Origin: an uncultured Bacteroidales bacterium
GTDB taxonomy: Bacteria > Bacteroidota > Bacteroidia > Bacteroidales > UBA10428
Direction of reading: 5' to 3'
NCBI GenBank assembly: GCA_964390385.1
Contig: CAYMJH010000003.1
Location: 1 to 48,293 of the forward strand
Length of the DNA: 48,293 nt
Positions 25,961 to 36,093 of the stretch are shown in pieces. The position numbers and the translations under genes are program-made. Under the pieces are notes generated by a model that was not told the DNA's origin, ran no database searches, and saw only the letters and a list, made by a program, of their open reading frames with translations. Each line of letters opens with the position of its first letter. Position 1 is the first letter of the stretch.

Positions 25961-28858
25961 ATGCGTTTTCTCTTGTTATCCATATTTATCCTCTTTCTGA
26001 CTGTAACAAACTTATATTGTCAAACCGACGAACAATTAGGTTTACATTCGGAAGGGGGCCCGTGGAAATTTTATCCGGTTCCGGAAGCCAATGATTCCCT
26101 GAAAAAGGTATTGTTAATCGGCGATTCTGTAATGAACGGGTATCATCAGTCGGTAACTGACAGTCTGAAAGGCGAGGCAAATGTTGATTACTGGCTTACG
26201 CCTTTTCATCTGAAAAGCGAACATCTTTTTGCTGATCTTGCCAAAGTGGTTGCGTTCCGGGATTATGATGTTATTCATTTCAATCTTGGATTGCATGGCT
26301 GGCCGGAGGGACGGATAAAGAAAGATGAATATCTGCCCCTTCTTGAAAAGTATGTACAGACTATTCGCGAAAATTCTAAAAATGCGAAACTGATCTGGGC
26401 AAGTATCACTCCGGTTACCGAAACCGGTAAACCAGAGTTGAATGCAGAAATAAATCCGGTGATTGCCAAACGCAATATCATAGCCAGCACGGTTATGGAG
26501 AAACATAACATACCTGTAAACGATTTATATGGTCTGTCAACAGCAAATCTTAATTTGTCGAAAGGAGATCGTTTCCATTGGCAGCCGGAAGGATATAAAT
26601 TAATGGCAAACCAGTGTGTAAAATACATTCTCACAGCATTGGAACCAGAGAAAAGATTCCCCGAATTATCAGATTACAATGTCATATGGAACACTCCTTC
26701 AGCCAATTCAATGGGTTCCATGCCAATAGGAAACGGCGATATTGGTATAAATCTGTGGGTTGAAAAAAACGGCGATTTATTGTTTTACTTGTCAAAAACC
26801 GATGCCTGGAGCGAAAACGGCCGCTTGCTGAAAATCGGAAAAATCAGGTTATCGCTTTCGCCTAATCCGTTTCAGGATGGCGAACCATTTCTCCAAAAGC
26901 TGATTTTATCCGATGGAATAATACGAATTGAAGCAGGCGGAAATGAAAACAGAATTGCGATTGATGTTTGGATTGATGCATATCATCCCATTGTTGAGCT
27001 GGATATTAACAGTCGCCAGCCTGTAAATGCCATTGTAAGTACCGAACCCTGGAGAACCACCCGCAGGCAAATAACAAATGCAAAAGAAAAACACTCAGCC
27101 TATGGAATTCACGGAAACGGGGCGCCTGAGATTTTCGTTGAAAATGATTCCGTACTGGCTGAAGCCAACCAAGGCGTAATCTGGCTTCATCGCAATAAAA
27201 GGTCAATCTGGGAAGAAAACCTTAAATTGCAAGGATTGGAGAAGTACATCAAAGCAAACCGTGATCCGTTGGCCAACAGAACATTTGGAGGACTAATGCG
27301 ATCCAATGAACTGGTGAAAGAATCATCCACCACGTTAAAAACCAAAGAGCCACAAAAAAAAATCTCCGTATCGGTATATGTATTAACTGCTCAAACCCAA
27401 ACGCTGGAGGAGTGGAAAGGTAAGATAACCGAAAAGGCTTTTAACACTGAGTCTGAATCAAGGGCAGAAAGATTGACTAACCATATAAAATGGTGGAACG
27501 ATTTCTGGGATAGAAGTTTTATCCATATTTCAACCCGGAATCTGAACGAAAGGGAGAAAGTTTTTAACACATCAAGAGGTTATGCACTTCAACGATACAT
27601 GAATGCATGTTCAGGTCGTGGAAATTCACCTGTTAAATTTAATGGAACAATCTTTACGGTTGATACTGAATATCTGCCTGGTGATGAGGGAGGATTCGAC
27701 GCTGACTACCGCCGATGGGGCGGCCCATACTGGTGGCAGAATACCCGGTTAGCCTACTGGTCGATGCTCGAATCCGGCGATTTTGATTTGATGCTACCCC
27801 TGTTCAGAATGTACAGAGAGGCGCTTCCACTGCGAACGCTTGCCACCAAAACCTATTATAAACATGAAGGGGCATTTTTCCCCGAAACCATGTATTTCTG
27901 GGGAACTTATACCGATGAAAATTACGGGCGCAACAGATCTGAATTGCCTTTGGGAATGACTGAAAACAAATTCATCCGATATTATTGGCAAGGTGGGCTG
28001 GAACTGTCGTTAATGATGCTCGATTATTATAATTTCACAAATGACAATGATTTTCTGAAAGAAACTTTGTTGCCCGTGGTAACCGAAATCATTAACTTTT
28101 ACGATTTGCATTGGAAACGCGAAGAGAATGGGAAAATTCGTTTCGAACCGGCAATGGCGCTTGAAACGTATAGTACGGCAGTAAATCCGTTGCCCGAAAT
28201 TGTTGGAATTAATAAGGTATGTTACGAATTGCTGAATTTACCTGCAGAAGTGATTTCCAAAAAACAGCAAAGGCAATGGCTTAGATTAATAAATGAGTTG
28301 CCTGATATTCCTGTTCAATGGATTAATGAGAAAATAGTTCTTGCACCCGCTCAGGAGTTTAGTGGAAAACAAAATATAGAAAACCCTGAATTGTACGCCA
28401 TCTTCCCTTACCGTAAATTTGGGGTCGGAAAAAATGAGCTTGAGATGGCTCGATATACTTTCGAAAACAGAGCCGTTAAACAAACCGGAGGCTGGCAGCA
28501 AAATGCAATTAAAGCGGCATATTTAGGTCTGACCGATGAGGCAGCAGAATTAACAACAACAAATTTCAATACCAGCAATAATGCTTATCGTTTCCCTGCA
28601 ATGTGGGGCCCAAATTACGATTGGACACCCGACCAGGATCACGGTTCAGTTGCTATGATCGCACTTCAGCGAATGTTGATGCAATGCGATAACGATACTA
28701 CATTTTTACTGCCTGCATGGCCCAAAGAGTGGAATGTGCATTTTAAACTCCGGGGACAAAACAACACTTCAATTGAAGGTGTTTTTGAAAATGGGGAAAT
28801 TCTGGAATGGAAAAAATATCCTGAAAACAGTAAAAGTAAAATCGAGCTAATGAATTAA
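25961..28858 (+). CDS. Fusion protein: N-terminal SGNH/GDSL esterase plus a DUF5703/GH95-like (alpha/alpha)6 glycosidase-like region
   Basis: It has a signal peptide. SGNH block I is LLIGDSVMNGY (Ser ~56) and block V is GDRFHW (D203/H206). From ~aa 238 (nt ~26670) the sequence reads DYNVIWNTPSANSMGSMPIGNGDIGINLWVEKNGDLLFYLSKTDAWSENGRLLKIG, typical of the DUF5703 N-terminal domain. Confidence 0.7.
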   Translation: MRFLLLSIFILFLTVTNLYCQTDEQLGLHSEGGPWKFYPVPEANDSLKKVLLIGDSVMNGYHQSVTDSLKGEANVDYWLTPFHLKSEHLFADLAKVVAFRDYDVIHFNLGLHGWPEGRIKKDEYLPLLEKYVQTIRENSKNAKLIWASITPVTETGKPELNAEINPVIAKRNIIASTVMEKHNIPVNDLYGLSTANLNLSKGDRFHWQPEGYKLMANQCVKYILTALEPEKRFPELSDYNVIWNTPSANSMGSMPIGNGDIGINLWVEKNGDLLFYLSKTDAWSENGRLLKIGKIRLSLSPNPFQDGEPFLQKLILSDGIIRIEAGGNENRIAIDVWIDAYHPIVELDINSRQPVNAIVSTEPWRTTRRQITNAKEKHSAYGIHGNGAPEIFVENDSVLAEANQGVIWLHRNKRSIWEENLKLQGLEKYIKANRDPLANRTFGGLMRSNELVKESSTTLKTKEPQKKISVSVYVLTAQTQTLEEWKGKITEKAFNTESESRAERLTNHIKWWNDFWDRSFIHISTRNLNEREKVFNTSRGYALQRYMNACSGRGNSPVKFNGTIFTVDTEYLPGDEGGFDADYRRWGGPYWWQNTRLAYWSMLESGDFDLMLPLFRMYREALPLRTLATKTYYKHEGAFFPETMYFWGTYTDENYGRNRSELPLGMTENKFIRYYWQGGLELSLMMLDYYNFTNDNDFLKETLLPVVTEIINFYDLHWKREENGKIRFEPAMALETYSTAVNPLPEIVGINKVCYELLNLPAEVISKKQQRQWLRLINELPDIPVQWINEKIVLAPAQEFSGKQNIENPELYAIFPYRKFGVGKNELEMARYTFENRAVKQTGGWQQNAIKAAYLGLTDEAAELTTTNFNTSNNAYRFPAMWGPNYDWTPDQDHGSVAMIALQRMLMQCDNDTTFLLPAWPKEWNVHFKLRGQNNTSIEGVFENGEILEWKKYPENSKSKIELMN

Positions 28859-28873
28859 GTAAAATAATAAAAC

Positions 28874-31039
28874 ATGAATAATCAATCATTTATCAGCCAT
28901 TCTATTTTATGGATTGCATTGGCATTAATCTTTTGTTCTTTTAATCCAAAACCCATAGAATTATATATCGCGACAAATGGTAGCGACACTGAAGGCACCG
29001 GTTCGGCAGATAACCCATTTGCTTCTCTGGAACGGGCCAGGGATGAAATAAGACAACTAAAAAAGGCGGGGAAAAATAGAAAAAGCTTTCGTGTATTATT
29101 ACGTGAAGGAACTTATTTCAGAAACAATACTTTTGAATTAGATGAAGAGGATTCCGGCAGCGAAAAATCACCGGTTTTATATTCTGCCTTTAACAACGAA
29201 AAAGTAACCATCCACGGGGGTATAAAGGTTTCACTTGAAAAGACAGGTAAATTAACCGATCCTGAAATATTGTCCCGGCTAAATCAATCTGCACAAAATG
29301 AAATCTATGAAATCAATCTTAAATCATTGGGGATAAATGACTATGGTACGCTCTCCCCACGCGGGTTTGGCCGCCCATACCAATCTGCACCAATGGAGTT
29401 ATTCTGTAACAAGGAAGCTATGAAGTTATCTCGTTGGCCAAATGACAGTTTAGTTCGCATCGGAAAAGTTCTCGATCCGGGTTCTGTCCCCCGAAATGAT
29501 GATTTTTCAAACCGGGGAGGAAAATTTACCTACGATGTTGACCAGCCAAATCGTTGGAAAGATGCCACAGATATATGGATTTCTGGTTTTTTCCGTTACG
29601 GATATGCCGATGATGCAGTAAAAGTTGCAGACATTGACTTTTTAAATAAAACCATTACAACCGTGCAGCCTCACATCTATGGTTTTGGCAGCGGAAGGGA
29701 ATTTAACAGGTGGTATGCTTATAACTTGCTTGAAGGAATTGACGTTCCGGGAGAATATTTTATTGATCGCGAAAAGGGCATTCTTTACTTTTTCCCGCCC
29801 AAAGAACAACTGACCAGCATTGATTTGTCCGTTCTGGAAGAACCCCTGGTTGCCATCGAAAACGGTTCATATATTCAATTTAGAAATATAAATTTTGAGT
29901 GTGCCCGGGGAATGGCAGTTTATATTGAACGTGGGAGAGACAATGTAATTGATAACTGTATGTTCCGTAATCTGGGACAAGTTGCGGTTTCTATCGGTAA
30001 AGGAATAGTGCCGTTTGATGATTTGAAACATGCCGGAACGGGAACTCCGGCTTCCAGGGTTTTGGGCAGTATCCTGGCTCATCAATACGATAATACAACA
30101 TTTAACCGCGAAGCCGGTAGCGGGCATCTCATTTCACGATGTCATATTTACAATACCGGAACAGGCGGAATATCACTTGGCGGCGGCGACAGGCTTACCT
30201 TGGAAAAGGGAAACAACAGGGTGGAGAATTGCCTGATCCACGATTTTAACCGCCTCGACCGCTCGTATAAAGTGGGTATCAACATCGATGGTGTAGGAAA
30301 CGTAATCCGCAATTGCGAAATATACAACAGCCCTGGAAGTGCGATTATGCTGCATGGCAACGAACACCTGATTGAGTTCAATAATATTCATCATGCTGTA
30401 ATTGACGGTGACGATATGGGTGCTATTTACTATGGCCGCGACCCCAGCGAATTTGGCAATAAAGTTCAGTACAATTTCTTCCATCATATCGGGAACGAGC
30501 ATGGAATGATCATGGCAGTTTATCACGATGATGGCGCCTGTGGAATGGAAGTGACAGGAAATGTATTCTACAAGGCCGGTTCGCGCACCTGTATGATTGG
30601 CGGAGGAAACGACAATGTTTATAATAACAATATTTTTATCGACTGTCCGCTTGCGGTTCATCTCGACAATCGTTTGCAGGGATGGGCAAAATCGAGCCTC
30701 GATAAAGATGGTATTTTTGAAAAACGACTAACTGCGGTTAATTACAAAAACGAACCCTATTCAACAGCTTATCCTACGCTTGTGAATTATTTTGAAGATT
30801 CGCCCGGTTTACCCAAAAGAAACTTTATTAACAATACCGTCTTTGTTAATGTGGGAAAAATTCATAATGGTAAACCGGAATGGTCGTACATCGGTGAAAA
30901 ATATGAAGTTACTGGCGACCCGGGTTTTGTTGATGCGGAAAATATGGATTTTGAACTTAAACCGGAATCCGAGGTCTTTAAACAACTGCCTGGTTTCAAG
31001 ACAATTCCTTTTAGTGAAATTGGGCCTCAAAAACAATAG
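28874..31039 (+). CDS. Right-handed parallel beta-helix repeat protein (putative glycoside hydrolase/lyase), lipoprotein
   Basis: The signal ends ...LALIFCSF. The N-terminus is YIATNGSDTEGTGSADNPFASLERARDEI. PbH1-like repeats follow: NCMFRNLGQVAVSIG, ISRCHIYNTGTGGISLGGG, VENCLIHDF and IRNCEIYNSPGSAIMLHG. Confidence 0.72.
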   Translation: MNNQSFISHSILWIALALIFCSFNPKPIELYIATNGSDTEGTGSADNPFASLERARDEIRQLKKAGKNRKSFRVLLREGTYFRNNTFELDEEDSGSEKSPVLYSAFNNEKVTIHGGIKVSLEKTGKLTDPEILSRLNQSAQNEIYEINLKSLGINDYGTLSPRGFGRPYQSAPMELFCNKEAMKLSRWPNDSLVRIGKVLDPGSVPRNDDFSNRGGKFTYDVDQPNRWKDATDIWISGFFRYGYADDAVKVADIDFLNKTITTVQPHIYGFGSGREFNRWYAYNLLEGIDVPGEYFIDREKGILYFFPPKEQLTSIDLSVLEEPLVAIENGSYIQFRNINFECARGMAVYIERGRDNVIDNCMFRNLGQVAVSIGKGIVPFDDLKHAGTGTPASRVLGSILAHQYDNTTFNREAGSGHLISRCHIYNTGTGGISLGGGDRLTLEKGNNRVENCLIHDFNRLDRSYKVGINIDGVGNVIRNCEIYNSPGSAIMLHGNEHLIEFNNIHHAVIDGDDMGAIYYGRDPSEFGNKVQYNFFHHIGNEHGMIMAVYHDDGACGMEVTGNVFYKAGSRTCMIGGGNDNVYNNNIFIDCPLAVHLDNRLQGWAKSSLDKDGIFEKRLTAVNYKNEPYSTAYPTLVNYFEDSPGLPKRNFINNTVFVNVGKIHNGKPEWSYIGEKYEVTGDPGFVDAENMDFELKPESEVFKQLPGFKTIPFSEIGPQKQ

Positions 31040-31048
31040 TAATATTGC

Positions 31049-34000
31049 ATGAAAACAATACTTAATATTCTCTTTATAATCCTTGTACTGAATCAGCAGA
31101 TTGGATACGCGCAAGATAAGTTTGCCGAAATAGGTACTCGTAAATACAACACCCGAACAAATCTGCTGATTGAACCGCAGCCTCCTGTCCTTCCCGAAAT
31201 CAATTTGCCAGTGACCCATGGTGCGGGATCAGTTTTCAAGGCGGTAAAAACCATTTCAACCAAAGAAGAACTGTATGCTGAGCTGGACAAAATGCGAACA
31301 CATTACCGTTCATTTTTGCAAAACCTGGCGCCCGTTCCCGCCGAAACCCGAAAACAAATTCCTTTAACCGAATTTAACTGGAGAATTGAAACTCCTGCCG
31401 ATCTTGCTGATATTGCTTCAACGCTTCGGGGTGAGGGCATGTGGGAAAAAGTTTCCATTCCGCATTACGGCCCTCCCCTCGGAAGGGCAGTTACTTATTA
31501 TTACAAAGAAATTGAACTCAGCGCCGACGATTTCGCCAAAGGAAATCTTTTCATTTGTTTTAAAGGGGTTGATTATAAAGCATCGGTATTTATCAATGGA
31601 AGCTTTTGCGGAACACACGAAGGTTTCTTTGCTCCATTTGAATTTGAAATATCCAGGCTTTCAAAAGCCGGTAAAAACAGAATCCTTGTAAAAGTTGAAA
31701 ACGATTATGCAACTCAGTCGGGGAAAGACGATAAGGGAAATAATGTTGTCGGCGATAAGATTTATGCTGCCAGTGGACCGGGGTGGGATGAGCCCGTTGA
31801 TGGATGGCACCTTTGCCTCCCGGGAATGGGCATTAGCCAGGATTGCTACCTCGAATCCCGCTCTCCGCTTCATCTCAACGACATGTATGTTCGTCCTGTT
31901 TTGAAAGATTCAATTGCTGAAACATGGGTGGAAGTAAATAATTTTTCGCAATATCCCGAATATGTCACATTAAAGCTTTCAGTATATGGCCAGAATTTCT
32001 CTGAAACCGTGATTGAGAATTACGAATACAAACCGCAGACAACCTATATTCCAGGAGTTGGCGATTTGGCCAAACCGACCGATTGGGAGCAGAAAAACCT
32101 AAAAATGGGGTATGGCGTAAATTATCTCAGGATACCCGTGAAAATGAAAAACTTCAGGAAATGGGAGCCCGAAAACCCCTGGCTCTACCAAATGCAGATT
32201 ATGGTTTACGACGCCAACGGAAACCTTACGGATACCCGCGTGCAGCAATTCGGAATGCGAAGTTTTACCATGGATACTATTAATACTCCCAAAGGAAATA
32301 TGTACCTGAATGGAAAGATGATCAGGTTACGTGGAGCAAATACCATGGGGCACGAACAGCAATGCGTGTTTCGCAAAGACTGGGATCAGTTGCGCGATGA
32401 CATACTGCTGGCCAAATTATGTAATATGAATTATTTGCGCTTTACCCAACGCCCTGTGCAATCTGAGGTGTATGAATTTTGTGACAGGTTGGGAATGCTC
32501 AATCAGACCGATCTGCCCTTGTTCGGGGTAGTAAGGAGAAACAAAATTACAGAAGCCATCAGGCAAGCTGAAGAAATGGAACGGTTGGTGCGCAAGCATC
32601 CTTCCACTATTGTAGTGACCTACATCAACGAGCGATTCCCGAATGCTGAAGGTCATCCCCAACGCTGTTTGAATGATGCAGGTGAGTTTTATCATTTGTT
32701 TAAAGCGCTCGATCAGGTGGTTTTGCTCTCCAATCCCGACCGGGTGATCAAAGCCGGCGATGGGGATTATGATCCACCCTCACCCGGACTTCCCGACAAC
32801 CACTGTTACAACACATGGTACAACGGGCACGGCCTGGGACTGGGCAAAATGTATAAAGGATATTGGCAGTTGGTAAAACCCGGATGGAATTATGGCTGCG
32901 GCGAATTTGGCGCTGAAGGGCTTGATCCGCTCAATGTAATGCAGAAATACTATCCGGAAACATGGTTGCCAAAGAATAAAGAAGATGAAAGAAACTGGAA
33001 TGCAAACCGTATATCCATGTCGCAAACCCACCGGTTCCATTATATGTGGTACAATACCCAATATACGCTGAACGACTGGATTGAAGCCAGTCAGGATTAC
33101 CAGGCCTGGGCCTTGAAATTTGTAACCGAAACCTTCCGCCGCGATTCGCGCATGGTATCGTTTGCCGTTCACCTGTTTATCGATGCCTGGCCGGCCGGAT
33201 GGATGAAAACCATTATGGACGTGGATCGCCAGCCCAAGAAAGCGTATTTTGTTTACCGCAATGCCCTGCAACCACTTATAGTTTCGTTGCGCAGCGACAG
33301 GAAACAATTTTTCTCAGGCGAAGTAACAGCTATTGAAGCCTGGATATGCAATGACCTTAATTCTGCTCCTTCAGGCTACCAGCTTAAATATCAGCTTGAA
33401 AATGATGGAAAAGTAATATTTGCCAATGAGGTTGCAGCCAGTATCTCTGAAAATAGTTCCCGGTTTCAGGGATTTCTGAAATTCAAGGCTCCTGCAGTAG
33501 CTTCCCGCACAATGTACACGCTGCGCATTGCACTGATGAATGAAAAGGGGGAAAGTATCGGTCAGAACGAATTTGAATTGGATGTGTTCCCGAAACATGG
33601 CCAATTGAAAAAGTTGGTATATGTGCTTGGCCAGGGCAATAGTAAGGCAGCACAATTAGTTCAGCAAGCCGGTTATTACAAAGCACCATCAATTGAGGCA
33701 GCCGATGTAATTATTGTTGACGATTTTGCAGAATACAAACAGATTGAAAAGCAAGTCAACGAACTGGTAAATCAAGGGAAAATTGTTGTTTTTATGGAGC
33801 TTCCGACTCAACAATATCTGATTGCAGGCACTAAACTTTCAATAGAAAAAACCACCATGGGTGATTATTATTTTGCATCGCCCGGCACCGGTCATCCCAT
33901 GATGAAGAATTTTAAACCATTCGATTTCAGTATGTGGTACAATGAAGAAAAAGGCTACATCGAACCGATTCTGGCTTATACTATTTCTGCTCCGGATTGG

Positions 34001-34174
34001 AAACCAATATTATCAAGCGGTGCTTCTAACTGGATATCCGACAAAGGAACAGTTATGGCAGCAGCTGAACTGAAATACGGAAAAGGGAAATTCAGGATTT
34101 CCGAAGTGCAGTTGGTTGACCGGATTAAAAGTAATCCATCTGCGTTAAATTTTTTACATAAATTATTAGATTAA
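31049..34174 (+). CDS. Glycoside hydrolase family 2
   Basis: It has a signal peptide and a GH2 sugar-binding domain (WEKVSIPHY...FICFKGVDYKASVFINGSFCGTHEGFFAPFEFEIS). The TIM-barrel region reads IRLRGANTMGHEQ, NMNYLRFTQRP, with the acid/base-like VTYINERF. Confidence 0.85.
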   Translation: MKTILNILFIILVLNQQIGYAQDKFAEIGTRKYNTRTNLLIEPQPPVLPEINLPVTHGAGSVFKAVKTISTKEELYAELDKMRTHYRSFLQNLAPVPAETRKQIPLTEFNWRIETPADLADIASTLRGEGMWEKVSIPHYGPPLGRAVTYYYKEIELSADDFAKGNLFICFKGVDYKASVFINGSFCGTHEGFFAPFEFEISRLSKAGKNRILVKVENDYATQSGKDDKGNNVVGDKIYAASGPGWDEPVDGWHLCLPGMGISQDCYLESRSPLHLNDMYVRPVLKDSIAETWVEVNNFSQYPEYVTLKLSVYGQNFSETVIENYEYKPQTTYIPGVGDLAKPTDWEQKNLKMGYGVNYLRIPVKMKNFRKWEPENPWLYQMQIMVYDANGNLTDTRVQQFGMRSFTMDTINTPKGNMYLNGKMIRLRGANTMGHEQQCVFRKDWDQLRDDILLAKLCNMNYLRFTQRPVQSEVYEFCDRLGMLNQTDLPLFGVVRRNKITEAIRQAEEMERLVRKHPSTIVVTYINERFPNAEGHPQRCLNDAGEFYHLFKALDQVVLLSNPDRVIKAGDGDYDPPSPGLPDNHCYNTWYNGHGLGLGKMYKGYWQLVKPGWNYGCGEFGAEGLDPLNVMQKYYPETWLPKNKEDERNWNANRISMSQTHRFHYMWYNTQYTLNDWIEASQDYQAWALKFVTETFRRDSRMVSFAVHLFIDAWPAGWMKTIMDVDRQPKKAYFVYRNALQPLIVSLRSDRKQFFSGEVTAIEAWICNDLNSAPSGYQLKYQLENDGKVIFANEVAASISENSSRFQGFLKFKAPAVASRTMYTLRIALMNEKGESIGQNEFELDVFPKHGQLKKLVYVLGQGNSKAAQLVQQAGYYKAPSIEAADVIIVDDFAEYKQIEKQVNELVNQGKIVVFMELPTQQYLIAGTKLSIEKTTMGDYYFASPGTGHPMMKNFKPFDFSMWYNEEKGYIEPILAYTISAPDWKPILSSGASNWISDKGTVMAAAELKYGKGKFRISEVQLVDRIKSNPSALNFLHKLLD

Positions 34175-36030
34175 TGCAAACATCCAATCTTAGCAAATAC
34201 AATCGTCGTCGTTTTGTATCCACCCTGGGGCTGGGGATTACCGCATTAGGGTGCGCACCGTATATTCTCAGGGACAGAGATAAAGCTGAGCAGTTTATTC
34301 CACTTTCGTATAACAAAGTAAGATTACAGGGCGAGCTGGGACGGCGTATGGAAATAACAATAGTCAATAATCTTTTAAAAATAGATATTGAAAACGACTT
34401 TCTGCTTCCTTTTGAGCGCCGGCAAGGAGATGGAGCCGGTTACATTGGCCTTGGCAAGTTGATTGATGCAGTGGTTACCTTTGCTGCCTGCACTGAAAAT
34501 CCTGAAGTAATTCAACTGAAGGAACACATTATTGCACATGTCAGGGAACATCAGGAACCTGACGGTTATTACGGATTGTTTCCATCTGAACAGCGCATTA
34601 CGAAATTATGGGACATTCACGAAATCCAATACATCGCCTGGGGGCTGCTGCGTGATTTTGAGCTGACTGGTGATGGCAGTTCACTTGCCACTGCCCAAAA
34701 AATTGCGGATTATATTATCGCCAACTGGAACAGGTTGCCTGAAAACTGGGGGAAGGATGATGTGGCTCCGCACGTTGCAGTAACGGGACTTGAAAGAACA
34801 ATGATAGCGCTTTACCGGATTACAGGAGAAAAAAAATACCTTGACTTTGTCATCAGCGTGCGCAAACTGGCTGAATGGGATCTGCCTATCATCATTGGCC
34901 GAAGGGTAGGTATCGAAGGACACATGTATGCATATCTGGCACGCACCCTGGCACAGATTGAACTATACAACATTACCCGCGAACAGAACTTGCTTACCTG
35001 TTCTAATCGTGTAACTGCCTTTATGCTTAAGAAAGATGGTTTGATGCTGACAGGCAATGGCGGTCAGTGGGAAATATGGACAGACGATCAGGATGGACGC
35101 GGGGCATTGGGAGAAACCTGTGCAACGGCATACCAACTTCGCTTATACCATCAGTTAATGCAAATTGAGGGCAACCCGCTTTGGGGCGACCTGATGGAAC
35201 GTACTATTTACAATGCACTGTTTGCATCACAATCGCCCGATGGTCGACAACTCAGGTATTTTGCACCTACTGAAGGGCCGCGTGCTTATCACAACACCGA
35301 TACCTACTGTTGTCCAAATAATTACCGGCGGATAGTTGCCGAACTGCCCGCGTTTGTTTATTATACTTCCGAAAATGGTGTAGTTGTAAATCTATATGTT
35401 GAATCACAAGCTGAAATACAACTGCCTGGCGGTCATTTGTTGAAGATTGAGCAACAAACCAATTACCCATCGTCAGGGTATGTGAATATTGTGGTGAATC
35501 CTGTTTTGCCTCTGCAATTCAAATTGAAGTTACGCGTACCGGCCTGGGCGCATAACGCAATTATCAGCATAAATGGTCAATCATTAACTGAGCCAATAGT
35601 ACATGGAGAATTTCTTACCATTAACAGGGAGTGGGTACCGGGCGATAAAGTATCTCTGGAAATAAAAATGCCGTTCCGCCTTATAGCAGGGCGAAAGAGA
35701 CAATCAGGTCGCGTTGCAGTAGCAAGAGGACCGTTGGTTTATTGCCTGAATCCGCAGCAAAACGAGAAATTGAAGCATTTGGATGGCATTGAACTGAGCC
35801 GCATAATCATAGATCCGGAAACCATGACACTGATAAACGATAACACGGTTCGTCCCGGTGGAACAGCTTGCAGAGTGAAAGCCTGGATGGCTTCTTTCGG
35901 AATGGCCAAACCACCACACGAATATGAACTGAACCTGACCGAATTTCCTGACCCTGAAGGAATACAGACCTATTTCAGCCTGAGTGACATGAACAAAGCA
36001 ATGTCCGATGAATTGTTTGCCAATACCTGA
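34174..36030 (+). CDS. Glycoside hydrolase family 127 (beta-L-arabinofuranosidase-like, DUF1680)
   Basis: The start overlaps the upstream stop (TAATG). A twin-arginine signal KYNRRRFVSTLGLGITALG is present. The conserved Cys cluster DTYCCPNNYRR is typical of the GH127 Zn/Cys active site. Confidence 0.85.
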   Translation: MQTSNLSKYNRRRFVSTLGLGITALGCAPYILRDRDKAEQFIPLSYNKVRLQGELGRRMEITIVNNLLKIDIENDFLLPFERRQGDGAGYIGLGKLIDAVVTFAACTENPEVIQLKEHIIAHVREHQEPDGYYGLFPSEQRITKLWDIHEIQYIAWGLLRDFELTGDGSSLATAQKIADYIIANWNRLPENWGKDDVAPHVAVTGLERTMIALYRITGEKKYLDFVISVRKLAEWDLPIIIGRRVGIEGHMYAYLARTLAQIELYNITREQNLLTCSNRVTAFMLKKDGLMLTGNGGQWEIWTDDQDGRGALGETCATAYQLRLYHQLMQIEGNPLWGDLMERTIYNALFASQSPDGRQLRYFAPTEGPRAYHNTDTYCCPNNYRRIVAELPAFVYYTSENGVVVNLYVESQAEIQLPGGHLLKIEQQTNYPSSGYVNIVVNPVLPLQFKLKLRVPAWAHNAIISINGQSLTEPIVHGEFLTINREWVPGDKVSLEIKMPFRLIAGRKRQSGRVAVARGPLVYCLNPQQNEKLKHLDGIELSRIIIDPETMTLINDNTVRPGGTACRVKAWMASFGMAKPPHEYELNLTEFPDPEGIQTYFSLSDMNKAMSDELFANT

Positions 36031-36093
36031 TTTACATTCTTCCATTTTTCTTGTAACCGTCACTTTCTCTAATTTTTTAAGTTTAACTCGATT

